A stretch of 64,000 nt of DNA from Escherichia coli (GTDB lineage: Bacteria; Pseudomonadota; Gammaproteobacteria; Enterobacterales; Enterobacteriaceae): NCBI RefSeq assembly GCF_003334355.1, contig NZ_QOWP01000002.1; one strand, 5' to 3'. The notes beneath the pieces were generated by a model, which was not told the DNA's origin, made no database searches, and worked only from the letters and a program-made list of their open reading frames with translations. The stretch's first letter is position 1. Every line of letters starts with the position of its first letter. The translations under genes were made by a program, and so were the position numbers. This document shows positions 20,965 to 30,817 of this stretch, piece after piece.

Positions 20965-21432
20965 TTAAACGCGAATGCGCACAAACTTACAACCTAACGC
21001 CGATTTTATCTCTTCCTCGCGAATGCGATCCGCGTCCATATGCTGAGGCGCAAAATGTTGTTCCTCGTCTATTTCATAGGCGATATTGTTTACAGGATCA
21101 TAGCCATCTATGCGGTATTTATCTAAAACCGGATATTGCCTTATTAATTTAACTCCTTGTAATTGTTCGATGGTGGTTAATGCTATTGTCTCAGAACATC
21201 TATTTAATGCTATTCTCTGATGCTTAAACACGTTAGCAACATCAGCATCAACAACAAAAACCTCTCGCTTAACTTTGAATCCTAGATTATTTTCATAATA
21301 TTCATATTTAATATCGTGCTTTATCCCGTTTTTTATTATGGTACGTTTCACATTGTCATGACGCTTACCCACCAACTCAGCGATTTCAATGCTTGTCATT
21401 TTGATGGCATTGCCATTTATTAACTCATTCAT
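20965..21432 (-). CDS. Rha-like N-terminal domain fused to DUF559/Vsr-like endonuclease-fold C-terminal domain
   Basis: N-terminus MTSIEIAELVGKRHDNV duplicates neighbouring Rha start; C-terminus YRIDGYD…IAYEIDEEQH…DADRIREEEIKSALGCKFVRI fits DUF559 pattern; 3' half AT-rich. Confidence 0.55.
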   Translation of the reverse strand: MNELINGNAIKMTSIEIAELVGKRHDNVKRTIIKNGIKHDIKYEYYENNLGFKVKREVFVVDADVANVFKHQRIALNRCSETIALTTIEQLQGVKLIRQYPVLDKYRIDGYDPVNNIAYEIDEEQHFAPQHMDADRIREEEIKSALGCKFVRIRV

Positions 21433-21595
21433 CGTCTTCTTCCTCGTACATTGAGCTATTCGGATCGCTCATCAGTTCTGCACAGCAGTGCTCACACACG
21501 TGAACTTCCAGCACATGCAGCTTTTGACCGCAATTAGCGCACGTTAAAGCCCGCTCGACGCTTTCTTGTTCGTAACTTCGATTTGGGTCAATCAC
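21425..21595 (-). CDS. ninF: NinF
   Basis: GTG-initiated 56 aa …[40 protein letters not shown]… matching lambda NinF; below ORF-track size cutoff. Confidence 0.75.
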   Translation of the reverse strand: MIDPNRSYEQESVERALTCANCGQKLHVLEVHVCEHCCAELMSDPNSSMYEEEDDE

Positions 21596-21774
21596 CTTGT
21601 TTTCCTCGCACGTTCTCTAAGCCACCGGATATCCCACAGGTGAGCCGTGTAATTGAAGGTTTTTACGTCAGATTCTTTTGGGATTGGCTTGCGTTTATTT
21701 CTGGAGCGTTTCGTTGGAAGGTATTTGCAGTTTTCGCAGATGATGTCGGTGATACTTCGTCGCTGTCTCGCCAT
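21592..21774 (-). CDS. ninE: NinE
   Basis: 60 aa [30 protein letters not shown]… with AAGGAGG SD; lambda NinE-like. Confidence 0.75.
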   Translation of the reverse strand: MARQRRSITDIICENCKYLPTKRSRNKRKPIPKESDVKTFNYTAHLWDIRWLRERARKTR

Positions 21775-21914
21775 ACGTCCTCCTTTCCCTGCGGTAGTGG
21801 TAAAACTCCTGTTGGTGTTCTTTCACACCGGAGACACCATCGATTCCAGTAAGGCTGTCCTGGTCGAAAGCGATCGTCTTCCTTTCGCTCTCCACATCGA
21901 TAACAGTGCTTCAT
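21663..21914 (-). CDS. ninD: NinD-like zinc-ribbon protein (3' end overlaps ninE in another frame)
   Basis: [31 protein letters not shown]; true stop uncertain because the frame stays open over ninE. Confidence 0.5.
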   Translation of the reverse strand: MKHCYRCGERKEDDRFRPGQPYWNRWCLRCERTPTGVLPLPQGKEDVWRDSDEVSPTSSAKTANTFQRNAPEINASQSQKNLT

Positions 21915-22501
21915 GCGATCACCATTTTGCATGGTTTAATCGCCATTCCGGGAGCCAGTTCAAAATCGGAGTTGCACTGATTGCCCCACATATCCCACCC
22001 GGTCACTTTGTCGCGGCTAAATAACTCACAGCGCGGCACGTCGCCAAGCAACTTAGCTAACATGTCTCTTACGATCGGTGGTTTTGCACTGTGCTCCATT
22101 CTCGGTGCGGTAAAGTGCTGGCATATTGAAGCGTCCATTCTCTCAGGCAACCGCCCTCGAACAGCAAACAAGCAATCCTCGCTATTTGCCCTGGTCATAT
22201 GCCCCATTCCGATCGCACTGTTGCCTTTGTGCTTATTGGTTTTGTGCCAGGTAAAGCCTTTCATAGTCATCAACCTGAATCCCCACGCCTCAACTACCTT
22301 TAGCGCTTCGGCTGGCTGTGTCGGCACCCACCACATCGCTAACAAGCAAGATTCTGGATCCGCTAAATCCCATACTGGCAGTCGGCAAATGTCCTGAACA
22401 TTCATAACATCGTATTTATGTCCAGCACCGCGATTGCCATCGTTGGCTTTGTCGCGATATTGCCAAGGCGGATCTGCGTAAATAAGTCGGTATTTGTTCA
22501 T
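21911..22501 (-). CDS. MT-A70 family DNA N6-adenine methyltransferase
   Basis: 196 aa with IYADPPWQY motif; nin-region position. Confidence 0.85.
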   Translation of the reverse strand: MNKYRLIYADPPWQYRDKANDGNRGAGHKYDVMNVQDICRLPVWDLADPESCLLAMWWVPTQPAEALKVVEAWGFRLMTMKGFTWHKTNKHKGNSAIGMGHMTRANSEDCLFAVRGRLPERMDASICQHFTAPRMEHSAKPPIVRDMLAKLLGDVPRCELFSRDKVTGWDMWGNQCNSDFELAPGMAIKPCKMVIA

Positions 22502-22938
22502 GCAGCTTTATCTCCCCATCTCGCTTTCCACTCCAGATCCAGTCGCGCTTCGTCTGACCACTTAACGCCACGCTCTGTACCGAATGCCTGTATAAGCTCT
22601 AATAGCTCCGCAAATTCGCTTACACGCATCCTGCTGGTTGACTGGCCTATTACCACAAAGCCATTCCCGGCAAGGTTAGGAACAACGTCCTGCTGCTTTA
22701 ATGCTGCGGTAAACACACACTTCCAGCTTTCTGCATCCAGCCAGCGACCATGCCATTCAACCTGACGAGAGACGTCACCTAAGCAGGCCCATAGCTTCCT
22801 GTTTTGGTCTAAGCTGCGGTTGCGTTCCTGAATGGTTACTACGATTGGTTTGGTTGGGTCTGGAAGGATTTGCTGTACTGCGTGAATAGCGTTTTGCTGA
22901 TGTGCTGGAGATCGAATTTCAAAGGTTAGTTTTTTCAT
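22498..22938 (-). CDS. ninB: NinB (Orf-family recombination mediator)
   Basis: 146 aa MKKLTFEIRSPAHQQNAIHAVQQILPDPTKP… near-identical to lambda NinB. Confidence 0.9.
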   Translation of the reverse strand: MKKLTFEIRSPAHQQNAIHAVQQILPDPTKPIVVTIQERNRSLDQNRKLWACLGDVSRQVEWHGRWLDAESWKCVFTAALKQQDVVPNLAGNGFVVIGQSTSRMRVSEFAELLELIQAFGTERGVKWSDEARLDLEWKARWGDKAA

Positions 22939-23131
22939 GACTTCCCTCTCTAACAGATTTCAGGTTATTCCACTCCGTTACCGCACTGCGATAATTCGCG
23001 GCCGCCACAGCGGCGTGGTTAGCGCAGTAGATTTGGCACCCGTTCTCCATGTCTAATATTGTCGGTGATTTTCCGCATTTACATTTTTTGGCACGCGGTG
23101 CGTCTGAACACATTCCGTTAACGGTGTTCAT
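22919..23131 (-). CDS. hypothetical Cys-rich small protein
   Basis: 70 aa ORF between helicase and ninB with CKCG…C…C pattern. Confidence 0.4.
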   Translation of the reverse strand: MNTVNGMCSDAPRAKKCKCGKSPTILDMENGCQIYCANHAAVAAANYRSAVTEWNNLKSVREGSHEKTNL

Positions 23132-23212
23132 CAGGATCCCCCTCGTTCTTAATCCAATAAAAAAGGGCTACTGTGTAAATAGCCCCTGTTATTAGCTCAG
23201 TGATGTAGATGG

Positions 23213-24589
23213 TCATACGTCCGCCCCTTGTGCATATCGTCTGCCACGCGCAGCAGGCGCATTTGATGCTGTGCAAATCTGTCTGGCTTCATCCTGGTCA
23301 CATGCAACAAAGTGTCCGTTGCAGAACCGCTGGTAAACCGTACCAAGTGAGCCAAAACGGTTTTTCGTCACGATGATTTCAGCAAATGGCGCGGCGCTAC
23401 TGTTCTCGTCATATACCGCTTCCCGATAGAGCATGATGATTGAGTCTGCGTCCTGCTCAATGCTTCCTGAATCACGCAAATCTGCGTTTGTCGGGCGTTT
23501 GTTTGGTCGCTTCTCAACATCGCGCGAAAGCTGACTCAGGGAGATAACCGGTGTTTTCAGGTCTTTCGCCATCGCCTTCAGGCTTCCGGAGATGTGAGCA
23601 ATTGCGAGGTCGTTGCGGTCTGCTTTCGGCTTCTCAATCAGGCCAAGATAATCCGCCATGATGAGTGAGATGTTTGGATTTTCCTGTTTGTGCCGCTCTG
23701 CGATTGAGCGAATTTCTTCTACCGATAACCGCGAGGCATCGACTACCCATACATCCAAATCTGCAAGCTGACTCATGCCGTTAGCAACACGCGCCCAGCC
23801 TTCGTCATCCATCGATGCAGGATTTCGCAGTACGCTAACCGACATCCTCCCGGCGTTGGCAATGCTTCGCTCTGCAATCTGCAATGCGCTCATTTCCATT
23901 GAGAAAATCAATACTCCGCGCCGGACGTCAGAACCAGGAATAACGCGGCTTGCAACGCCTTCGGCAATCTTCAGCGCCAGCTCGGTTTTCCCCATACCAG
24001 GACGAGCAGCGATTATCACCAGGTCTTCTGCGTTCATCCCTCCGGTGATGGCGTCAAGTTCTTCGATTCCGGTCTTCAGGGTATCTGACTCTTCTCCGTT
24101 CCTCAGACGCCTGTCAAGCGTGTCAGTGTAGTCAGTGATGATTTCCCCTAACCGTACAGGTTTAACCTCGTCACGGGGCTTTCTGATGGCTGAGAGACGC
24201 TTTACAAGCTCGTCCATCGCCTGACTCGATGTATCGATGGTTCCGCTCTGAATTGGTTCACGCATTTCATCCATGATTTCCAGCACCAGACGGCGGTGAT
24301 AGTTATCTGCGACCATTCCGGCATATCCCTTCAGGTTTGCGGCACTCGGGCAGTTTTTGCTGGTCATCAGGATTGACGTGAAATGCTCCTCTCCGCACGC
24401 CTCGGCAACCATCAGCGCGTCGATTAAATTTCTGTTTCGCGCCTGCTTGCGGATAACCTCGAAGGCTTTCCGGTAGAGCGGAATTGAAAACGCTTCCGGC
24501 TCCAGCGTTGCCAGAACGTCGCTGGCGGTTGGTGTTAATCCACCAATCAGCAGGCCACCGATAACGCTCGCTTCGATATCCTGTCTCAT
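23213..24589 (-). CDS. DnaB-type replicative helicase (P22 gene 12-like)
   Basis: 458 aa with Walker A GMGKT and DnaB C-terminal motifs. Confidence 0.9.
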   Translation of the reverse strand: MRQDIEASVIGGLLIGGLTPTASDVLATLEPEAFSIPLYRKAFEVIRKQARNRNLIDALMVAEACGEEHFTSILMTSKNCPSAANLKGYAGMVADNYHRRLVLEIMDEMREPIQSGTIDTSSQAMDELVKRLSAIRKPRDEVKPVRLGEIITDYTDTLDRRLRNGEESDTLKTGIEELDAITGGMNAEDLVIIAARPGMGKTELALKIAEGVASRVIPGSDVRRGVLIFSMEMSALQIAERSIANAGRMSVSVLRNPASMDDEGWARVANGMSQLADLDVWVVDASRLSVEEIRSIAERHKQENPNISLIMADYLGLIEKPKADRNDLAIAHISGSLKAMAKDLKTPVISLSQLSRDVEKRPNKRPTNADLRDSGSIEQDADSIIMLYREAVYDENSSAAPFAEIIVTKNRFGSLGTVYQRFCNGHFVACDQDEARQICTASNAPAARGRRYAQGADV

Positions 24590-25416
24590 GCAATCCCCCT
24601 GTCTGCAAACTTCCCTTCCCGAACTCCCGTTAACGAGTCTTCCCTCAGCAGGTAATCAAAATCAGCCGTCCAGCCCGTGTCGTTGTCTCCGAAGTAAAAC
24701 GGCTTGGCCTGATGCACAAACGCCCTGACATACGCTCTGAAACCGTCCACATTTGGCGTTTTCAGTTGCGGGATGATTTTCTTCAGGCGGCGTTTGCGTT
24801 TCTCGTTGACCGCAACAGCGTGTGGCAGTCTGTCACCGACTTCGGTGTTGTAGGCGTTCAGGAAGGATTCGTAGTCGATTCGTTCTGCCTTGCGACGTTC
24901 AGGTTTAACCTGCCCATCGCCGCCCCCGTTAGGGGGTAAGGGGGTATTTGTATTTATTGTCTTTTGTATATTGTCTTTTGTGTTTGACTGATTCGGTAAA
25001 TTGCTTTTTACCGATTTGGTGAAGGTTTGTTTTACCGAATTAGTAAATGTTTTACCGAATCCGTTAACTTTCGTTTTCCACTCGGAAATGTTTGTATTCA
25101 TACCAACTTGACGCCCCACCTGAATGAGAACTCCCATTCTGATAAGCTCGTTTTTGGCGGTAGAGCATTTGGTTGGTGCCATGCCAGTGAGTTCAGCGAA
25201 CTGTTCGTTTCCGATCCAATCTATTTTTTTGTTGTAACCGTATGTCTTGCGCCACACAGCCATAACAATCAGTAACTGATGTGCAGTAAGCCCAGAAAGC
25301 ATGGCGGCTTCTAACAGTGTGTTTGCAGTCCGAGTGTAGCCATCTTCGAGTTCTGCCACGCGATGCTCCACGACCTCCAGTTGAGGCCTGTAATCAGCTA
25401 ACTTAACGACGCCCAT
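24586..25416 (-). CDS. replication initiator, lambda O / P22 gp18-like
   Basis: 276 aa; N-terminal O-like domain, low-complexity linker encoded over iterons. Confidence 0.75.
   Translation of the reverse strand: MGVVKLADYRPQLEVVEHRVAELEDGYTRTANTLLEAAMLSGLTAHQLLIVMAVWRKTYGYNKKIDWIGNEQFAELTGMAPTKCSTAKNELIRMGVLIQVGRQVGMNTNISEWKTKVNGFGKTFTNSVKQTFTKSVKSNLPNQSNTKDNIQKTINTNTPLPPNGGGDGQVKPERRKAERIDYESFLNAYNTEVGDRLPHAVAVNEKRKRRLKKIIPQLKTPNVDGFRAYVRAFVHQAKPFYFGDNDTGWTADFDYLLREDSLTGVREGKFADRGIA
24981..25060. repeat. replication origin iterons (TTTTACCGAAT x3 plus one inverted copy) with adjacent AT-rich tract
   Basis: Copies starting 25005, 25030, 25050 and inverted copy 24981-24990; CCCCCGTTAGGGGG and TTGTCTTTTGT repeats nearby. 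Confidence 0.6.
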
Positions 25417-25596
25417 GTTTCACTCCTGCTTTGGCTAGTCTGTAAACACCAACAAGGCGCTCTGCGAACGCCCTGTTATTTGCTGCGGCTACCACTAATC
25501 CCTCAGGTGAATCAGGGTGTCGAATCTCTTCTTTTTCCTGGTATTTCTTACGACGTTTTGTCATAATTACTCCTGTGGATTGATCCAGTAATTCCC

Positions 25597-25893
25597 TCAG
25601 AATTGCATATCAATTTGCTTAAAATCCTCGGTGGCAGCCGGGGATTTTTTCTTTGTGATTTCATCAAGCGCATACTTAAAAGCCCTGCTAATCGGACTGA
25701 TGTCTGATGCCATTCCGAAAGCACACAAGACCGAAGCAATAAATCTCCAGTCCGTTCTGCTTATCTTCGATTCATGACAGCCAATCATCTTTGCCAGACC
25801 GCGCTGGGTAAGCGTTGACAGGTTGATGAGTAAATCAGTTTCAGCGCGATCAATTTCTCGCTGTGTTGGCTTGCTGTAACTTGTTTGTGTCAT
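25597..25893 (-). CDS. cII: CII-like transcriptional activator
   Basis: 98 aa; C-terminus KKKSPAATEDFKQIDMQF parallels lambda CII KKRPAATERSEQIQMEF. Confidence 0.75.
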   Translation of the reverse strand: MTQTSYSKPTQREIDRAETDLLINLSTLTQRGLAKMIGCHESKISRTDWRFIASVLCAFGMASDISPISRAFKYALDEITKKKSPAATEDFKQIDMQF

Positions 25894-26014
25894 TTCTTAC
25901 TATCTCCATAGGTAAATAATTTGGGTTTTTATCGTGCACCATTGACAGTCATCCTTGACCACGCCGGGCACCCGACCGTATACCGGGCCGTTCGGTACTA
26001 AAAGTACATTTTTA

Positions 26015-26245
26015 TTACATAACAAACTGCTGTTTACCGATACGGCGAATCTGTGCTGCTGAGTACTTGCCGCCTGATGCCTTGGCGATCTTATCCGCAT
26101 ATTCGGTTTCACCAGTGAACTCGGTACGCGGCAGAGAACCACGCTCAAGCCACTTATAGATGGCTTTTGGCGTAAGTCCACAAACATCAGCCACAACAGA
26201 AACTCGAACGGATTTGATAACTTCTCCAAACGTAACTTCGTTCAT
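26015..26245 (-). CDS. cro: Cro-like HTH repressor
   Basis: 76 aa HTH protein divergent from cI across operator repeats. Confidence 0.6.
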   Translation of the reverse strand: MNEVTFGEVIKSVRVSVVADVCGLTPKAIYKWLERGSLPRTEFTGETEYADKIAKASGGKYSAAQIRRIGKQQFVM

Positions 26246-26261
26246 GCTTCTCTCCTGTGGT

Positions 26262-26331
26262 GAACTTATGGTTCATATTATGACGGAACTGATAGTACAG
26301 TCAATACCTAATATAGTTGAACTTATGGTTC
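26262..26331. promoter_or_regulatory. cI/cro operator region: two copies of palindrome TGAACTTATGGTTCA
   Basis: Identical 15-mers at 26262-26276 and 26317-26331 between divergent cro and cI; second overlaps cI start codon. Confidence 0.55.
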
Positions 26332-27032
26332 AACAGAAAGAGCGTGAAACTTTCTCGCAGAGGCTTGCGCTGGCCTGTGATAAAGCGGGATTACCTTTGC
26401 ATGGTAGGCAGGCTGATTTAGCTGTCAGGCTTAAGGTCACACCAAAAGCCATTAGTAAATGGTTCAACGGGGAGTCAATACCAAGAAAAGACAAGATGGA
26501 ATCTCTGGCTTCGGTGCTGGGAACTACTGCTGCATATCTGCATGGCTATGCTGATTATGACGGTATCACGGTAAATCATCTATCAAGATCAAATGATTCT
26601 TATCGTGTTGATGTATTGGATGTTCAGGCGAGCGCCGGGCCAGGAACCATGGTTTCCAATGAATTTATAGAAAAGATAAGAGCAATTGAATATACGCCCG
26701 AGCAGGCAAGAATTTTATTTAATGGAAGGCCACAGGAAAGCGTAAAAGTCATCACGGTTCGCGGTGACAGCATGGAGGGAACCATCAATCCGGGAGATGA
26801 GATCTTTGTTGATGTATCCATAACCTATTTTGATGGCGATGGCATTTATGTGTTTGTATACGGGAAAACAATGCACGTTAAGCGCCTGCAAATGCAAAAG
26901 AACAGGCTTGCCGTCATCTCTGACAATGCCGCTTATGATCGATGGTACATAGAAGAAGGTGAAGAAGAGCAACTTCACATTCTAGCCAAAGTCCTCATTA
27001 GGCAGTCAATCGATTACAAGCGATTCGGATAA
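26325..27032 (+). CDS. cI: CI prophage repressor (HTH + S24 LexA-like autopeptidase)
   Basis: N-terminal HTH, C-terminal S24 fold (GDSMEGTINPGDEIFVD …KRL). Confidence 0.85.
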   Translation: MVQQKERETFSQRLALACDKAGLPLHGRQADLAVRLKVTPKAISKWFNGESIPRKDKMESLASVLGTTAAYLHGYADYDGITVNHLSRSNDSYRVDVLDVQASAGPGTMVSNEFIEKIRAIEYTPEQARILFNGRPQESVKVITVRGDSMEGTINPGDEIFVDVSITYFDGDGIYVFVYGKTMHVKRLQMQKNRLAVISDNAAYDRWYIEEGEEEQLHILAKVLIRQSIDYKRFG

Positions 27033-27274
27033 AAATAAATTTCCTTAAAGTTCACTAACTTATGATGTAGTGAGCTTTTTATACCCATAAAATGTACTAT
27101 TGGTACTTTACATTAATGAACTTTAAGTACATCATAAGCCCATAGACGAACGGCGCGTCTTTAAACCATGCGTCGGGAGCGCGGCGGGTTCAGGATGAAC
27201 GGCAATGCTGCTCACTACAAAAGAACATTTCCATAACCGGAGGGTTATTGAAGTGTTTTTGTTAGGAGGTTTAA

Positions 27275-27808
27275 GTGGATCTTACTCAAGTGTCTGTAAG
27301 GGAGATTCTTCATTACAATCCTGTGAGTGGTGACTTTTATTGGAAGCCGAGAGCAAAGCATTTGTTTGCGGATAACAGAGCTGCCTTGACGTGGAACAAG
27401 AAGTATCCAGGTAAAAAGGCTGGCTCACCTGACAACAAGGGTTATCTGAGAATAAATATTGGAGGTAAAAAATTTAAGTCTCACAGACTTGCATGGCTTT
27501 ACGTGCATGGCTACTGGCCTGATGTGATTGATCACATAAACGGCGTTAAGGATGACAACAGAATCTCCAATTTAAGAAGCGTTTCTTTCAAAGAGAATAT
27601 GAAAAACATGCCTTTAAAATCATCTTCATCAACTGGAGTTACAGGTGTTGAAGCAAGAAAAGAGCATGGGTTTTATGTTGCATCGATAACTGTGGATGGA
27701 AAACGAAAATACCTAGGCTCATTCAAACTTTTAGATGATGCCAAACAAGCAAGGAAAGAAGCCAATGCACTATATGGCTTTCATGAAAATCATGGACGGA
27801 GCCAGTAA
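27275..27808 (+). CDS. HNH endonuclease with AP2 DNA-binding domain
   Basis: HRLAWLYVHGYWPDVIDHINGVKDDNRISNLR (HNH_3) followed by AP2-like TGVTGV…GFYVASITVDGKRKYLGSF. Confidence 0.8.
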   Translation: MDLTQVSVREILHYNPVSGDFYWKPRAKHLFADNRAALTWNKKYPGKKAGSPDNKGYLRINIGGKKFKSHRLAWLYVHGYWPDVIDHINGVKDDNRISNLRSVSFKENMKNMPLKSSSSTGVTGVEARKEHGFYVASITVDGKRKYLGSFKLLDDAKQARKEANALYGFHENHGRSQ

Positions 27809-27938
27809 ACGTGTTTCAAGAGCCATTTCGCTTGCAGGAACGCGTTAGAAGGAAGTTGAAGGTGGTACTGTCTGCCTGCCAGAAGTTGCGCTTTTCGCAG
27901 CTGGTCATCGTACAAGTAAGCAGGTTACAGCGAGGTAA

Positions 27939-28166
27939 GTGATGAATCAGACATACATTCCATCATGCTTGAGAAATCTGCCAAAGCAGAAAGCAAAGCC
28001 CCGCAAGCAAGCCATAAAGGACGCTAAGTCAGAGGTTATTGATAAAGCAATACAATTGCTCAGGGAGGAGTTAAGAAGTGGCAAGCTCGAAGGAATGATG
28101 ATGCCCTATCAGCGCGGATATCTATCGGCGATTAGTAAGTTGGAAGTATTGAAGAGTGAATTATGA
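27939..28166 (+). CDS. hypothetical basic protein
   Basis: 75 aa ORF in early-left operon. Confidence 0.35.
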   Translation: MMNQTYIPSCLRNLPKQKAKPRKQAIKDAKSEVIDKAIQLLREELRSGKLEGMMMPYQRGYLSAISKLEVLKSEL

Positions 28167-28221
28167 ACTACCTGGAATTTCCGGATGGTTCATTGTTTTG
28201 GCAGCAAGCATAGAGGTGAAT

Positions 28222-28518
28222 ATGGAATTCAAAGGTACTAAAGGTAAGTGGGAAATAATGATGGATGGCGATGAGATTAAAATCATCCAGGCAGACTCAC
28301 TTGAAAATGGCGCAGGCTGGCGTTCGTATATTGCAATCTGTGAGGAAGTTCAATGCATTGAAGATGCCAATCTAATAGCGGCAGCACCTGAACTTCTCGA
28401 AGCACTTCAGTTATTACTTAAGCAATCCAAAAATAGAACAACGACAACATATCCAGAATGGTATGGAGCTGTTAATAAAGGTTTTGCAGCAATCATCAAG
28501 GCTCTGGGAGGTGAGTGA
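28222..28518 (+). CDS. hypothetical protein
   Basis: 98 aa from ATG with GAGGTG SD. Confidence 0.35.
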   Translation: MEFKGTKGKWEIMMDGDEIKIIQADSLENGAGWRSYIAICEEVQCIEDANLIAAAPELLEALQLLLKQSKNRTTTTYPEWYGAVNKGFAAIIKALGGE

Positions 28519-28718
28519 TGTGCGAGTTTTACGAAGCAGATATCAAACGCCCAGAAATGGCAAGTGATGCGACATTACGTGATTACTTCGCGGCAAAGGC
28601 TATGCAAGCAATGATTAGCAATCCATCGATTATCGATAATGATTCTGATGGAGCTGTTAATTATGCAGCAAGCGCTGCATATAAGTTTGCAGACGCAATG
28701 CTCAAAGCTCGCGAATAA
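28518..28718 (+). CDS. hypothetical protein
   Basis: 66 aa, start overlaps previous stop, GGGAGG SD. Confidence 0.35.
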   Translation: MCEFYEADIKRPEMASDATLRDYFAAKAMQAMISNPSIIDNDSDGAVNYAASAAYKFADAMLKARE

Positions 28719-28813
28719 GCACTGTGTATTCATTCCAACGAGTGAATACACGGAGCAATGTCGCTCGTAACTAAACAGGAGCCGACTTGTTCTGATTATT
28801 GGAAATCTTCTTT

Positions 28814-28837
28814 GCCCTCCGATGTGAGGGCTTTTTT
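28814..28837 (+). terminator. rho-independent terminator (GCCCTC-CGATGT-GAGGGC + T6), preceded by 9-bp perfect hairpin at 28724-28751
   Basis: Stem-loop and T-run read directly. Confidence 0.45.
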
Positions 28838-28903
28838 ATATGCATACCAATAACGCTTCACTCGAGGCGTTTTCGTTATGCAATCAAACAGAAGGAGCAT
28901 CCT

Positions 28904-29074
28904 ATGCAACAGTTCGCTATTGCAGGGGCGGCATCGGTTCGCCCTTTCAACCCGATTTTATCGGTACAGCATTCACGAAAAAATATTTTAACCGGAGCAG
29001 ACTTTAAACAACCAAGAATGAAAAGTTTGCTCGAAAAGCTTTGGGATATTTTGAAACAACAAGGCCGTCCATGA
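28904..29074 (+). CDS. hypothetical small protein
   Basis: 56 aa from ATG with AGGAG SD. Confidence 0.3.
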   Translation: MQQFAIAGAASVRPFNPILSVQHSRKNILTGADFKQPRMKSLLEKLWDILKQQGRP

Positions 29075-29229
29075 GTTTTACAGATAACTGGTCAGACGAA
29101 GAATTCATTCGTCAGATGAAAGAATTAATCGGTAACGAAGGAGATATTCATGTCACTTGCAACCACAGTGAAGGAGAGCAAGTTACAGAGACGCATGTAC
29201 ACGCAGAAAGCTCTCTGGTATCGCCATAA
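29071..29229 (+). CDS. hypothetical small acidic protein
   Basis: 52 aa, start overlaps previous stop. Confidence 0.3.
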   Translation: MSFTDNWSDEEFIRQMKELIGNEGDIHVTCNHSEGEQVTETHVHAESSLVSP

Positions 29230-29330
29230 TGGTGACCGCGAAGGAATGCGGGTATGCCTTAATTTGTCCCGAGTCGAAGTATTAAATCAGCGTTATTTCC
29301 TTGGGCCATGTCCATTCTGAGAACAATCAT

Positions 29331-29936
29331 ATGAGCAAAGAATTTTACGCAAGACTGGCAGCCATTCAGGAGAATCTGAACGCGCCAAAAAATCAGTACA
29401 ACTCATTCGGTAAATATAAATACAGAAGCTGCGAAGATATTCTTGAAGGCGTTAAGCCGTTACTGAATGGTCTGTTTTTATCAATCAGCGATGAAGTTGT
29501 GTTGATTGGTGATCGGTATTACGTGAAAGCCACGGCAACTATTACCGATGGCGAAAACAGTCATACGGCAACCGCTCTTGCACGAGAGGAAGAAAGCAAG
29601 AAAGGAATGGATTCTGCACAAGTTACGGGAGCTACAAGCTCTTATGCACGCAAGTATTGCCTCAATGGTTTGTTCGGCATTGATGATGCGAAAGATGCAG
29701 ATACCGACGAGCATAAACATCAGCAGAACGCAGCAGCAAAGCAATCAAAACCATCACCTACACCTGAACAGGTTCTAAAAGCATTCACTGACGCAGCATT
29801 GCAGAAAAACACCGTAGAAGAGCTTAAACAGGCGTTCGCCAAAGCGTGGAAGATGCTCGAAGGCACACCGGAGCAGCACAAAGCGCAGGACGTTTACAAC
29901 ATCAGACGAGACGAATTAGAAGGAGCGGCTGCTTAA
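29331..29936 (+). CDS. erf: ERF-family single-strand annealing protein
   Basis: FYARLAAIQENLNAPKNQYNSFGKYKYRSCEDILEGVKP matches ERF N-terminal pattern. Confidence 0.75.
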   Translation: MSKEFYARLAAIQENLNAPKNQYNSFGKYKYRSCEDILEGVKPLLNGLFLSISDEVVLIGDRYYVKATATITDGENSHTATALAREEESKKGMDSAQVTGATSSYARKYCLNGLFGIDDAKDADTDEHKHQQNAAAKQSKPSPTPEQVLKAFTDAALQKNTVEELKQAFAKAWKMLEGTPEQHKAQDVYNIRRDELEGAAA

Positions 29937-30319
29937 TGGCACATTCGATTACTGTAAGACTAAACAAGCCCGCAAGAGAGTTTCAGGCCGGGGAAAATAT
30001 CGGATTCAACATCCGTGCTGGCGTTCAGTATTACGATCGCCAGACAAAAAAGAAAGAATGGACAAACTACAGCGCCGTTGTATTTGCCAAGCCGGGAGCG
30101 CAAGCGGATTACTACCGTAGTGTTCTTGTTGAAGGTGGCATTGTGGAAATTACCGGAGAAAACATCAGGGTTGATGTTTATCAGGGGCAAAATGGTCAAT
30201 CAATCACTCTTGAATTACTGAATGCAAAGATTGGATTTGCAGCTTCAGGAAATGGCCCGCAGCAGCAAAGTAGTAACCAGCAGAACACTCCTGTATACGA
30301 CGATTCCATCCCATTCTGA
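29936..30319 (+). CDS. ssb: phage single-stranded DNA-binding protein
   Basis: OB-fold-like body and acidic C-terminal tail ending DDSIPF; start overlaps erf stop (TAATG). Confidence 0.7.
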   Translation: MAHSITVRLNKPAREFQAGENIGFNIRAGVQYYDRQTKKKEWTNYSAVVFAKPGAQADYYRSVLVEGGIVEITGENIRVDVYQGQNGQSITLELLNAKIGFAASGNGPQQQSSNQQNTPVYDDSIPF

Positions 30320-30342
30320 TTTAGAAAAATAAGGATTTAATT

Positions 30343-30639
30343 ATGCCAGCGCCTCTGTATGGTGCGGATGACCCGCGCCGCTGTTCCGGCAATTCCGTAT
30401 CGGAGGTGCTGGATAAATTCAGAAAAAACTACGATCGAATAATGTCTCTACCGCAGGAAACGAAAGAGGAAAAGGAATTTCGCCACTGTATATGGCTTGC
30501 AGAGAAAGAAGAACGCGAGCGAATTTACCAGACATCAATCCGACCATTCCGCAAAGCCACATATACCCACTTCCCTGAATATATCGACCCGCGCCTGCGT
30601 AATTACCGCTCACGCTATGGCGCTATCAGTAATGACTGA
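30343..30639 (+). CDS. hypothetical protein
   Basis: 98 aa ORF with SD. Confidence 0.4.
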   Translation: MPAPLYGADDPRRCSGNSVSEVLDKFRKNYDRIMSLPQETKEEKEFRHCIWLAEKEERERIYQTSIRPFRKATYTHFPEYIDPRLRNYRSRYGAISND

Positions 30640-30649
30640 GGAATTTACC

Positions 30650-30817
30650 ATGAGAGGACTTGCATACAATCCCGGCATTCTTCCGGCAGAAATGATTATT
30701 CGCCAACGCGTAAAGCCAATGCCATCGAGAGAGGAATTGCTTAAGAGAAATTCTTTTCCATCAGTAAATCAAAACAAATATCTGAATGCGATGTGGCGCA
30801 AAGGAGGCAACCAGTGA
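30650..30817 (+). CDS. hypothetical small protein
   Basis: 55 aa. Confidence 0.3.
   Translation: MRGLAYNPGILPAEMIIRQRVKPMPSREELLKRNSFPSVNQNKYLNAMWRKGGNQ

Noticed and set aside
21583-21852. 89-aa plus-strand ORF in the nin region
   Set aside because: Antisense to ninD/ninE/ninF, which have recognisable translations and ribosome-binding sites.
24981-25060. Possible CRISPR-like repeat array
   Set aside because: Repeats are short 11-bp iterons inside the replication initiator gene with an adjacent AT-rich tract, which is origin architecture; there are no uniform spacers or cas genes.
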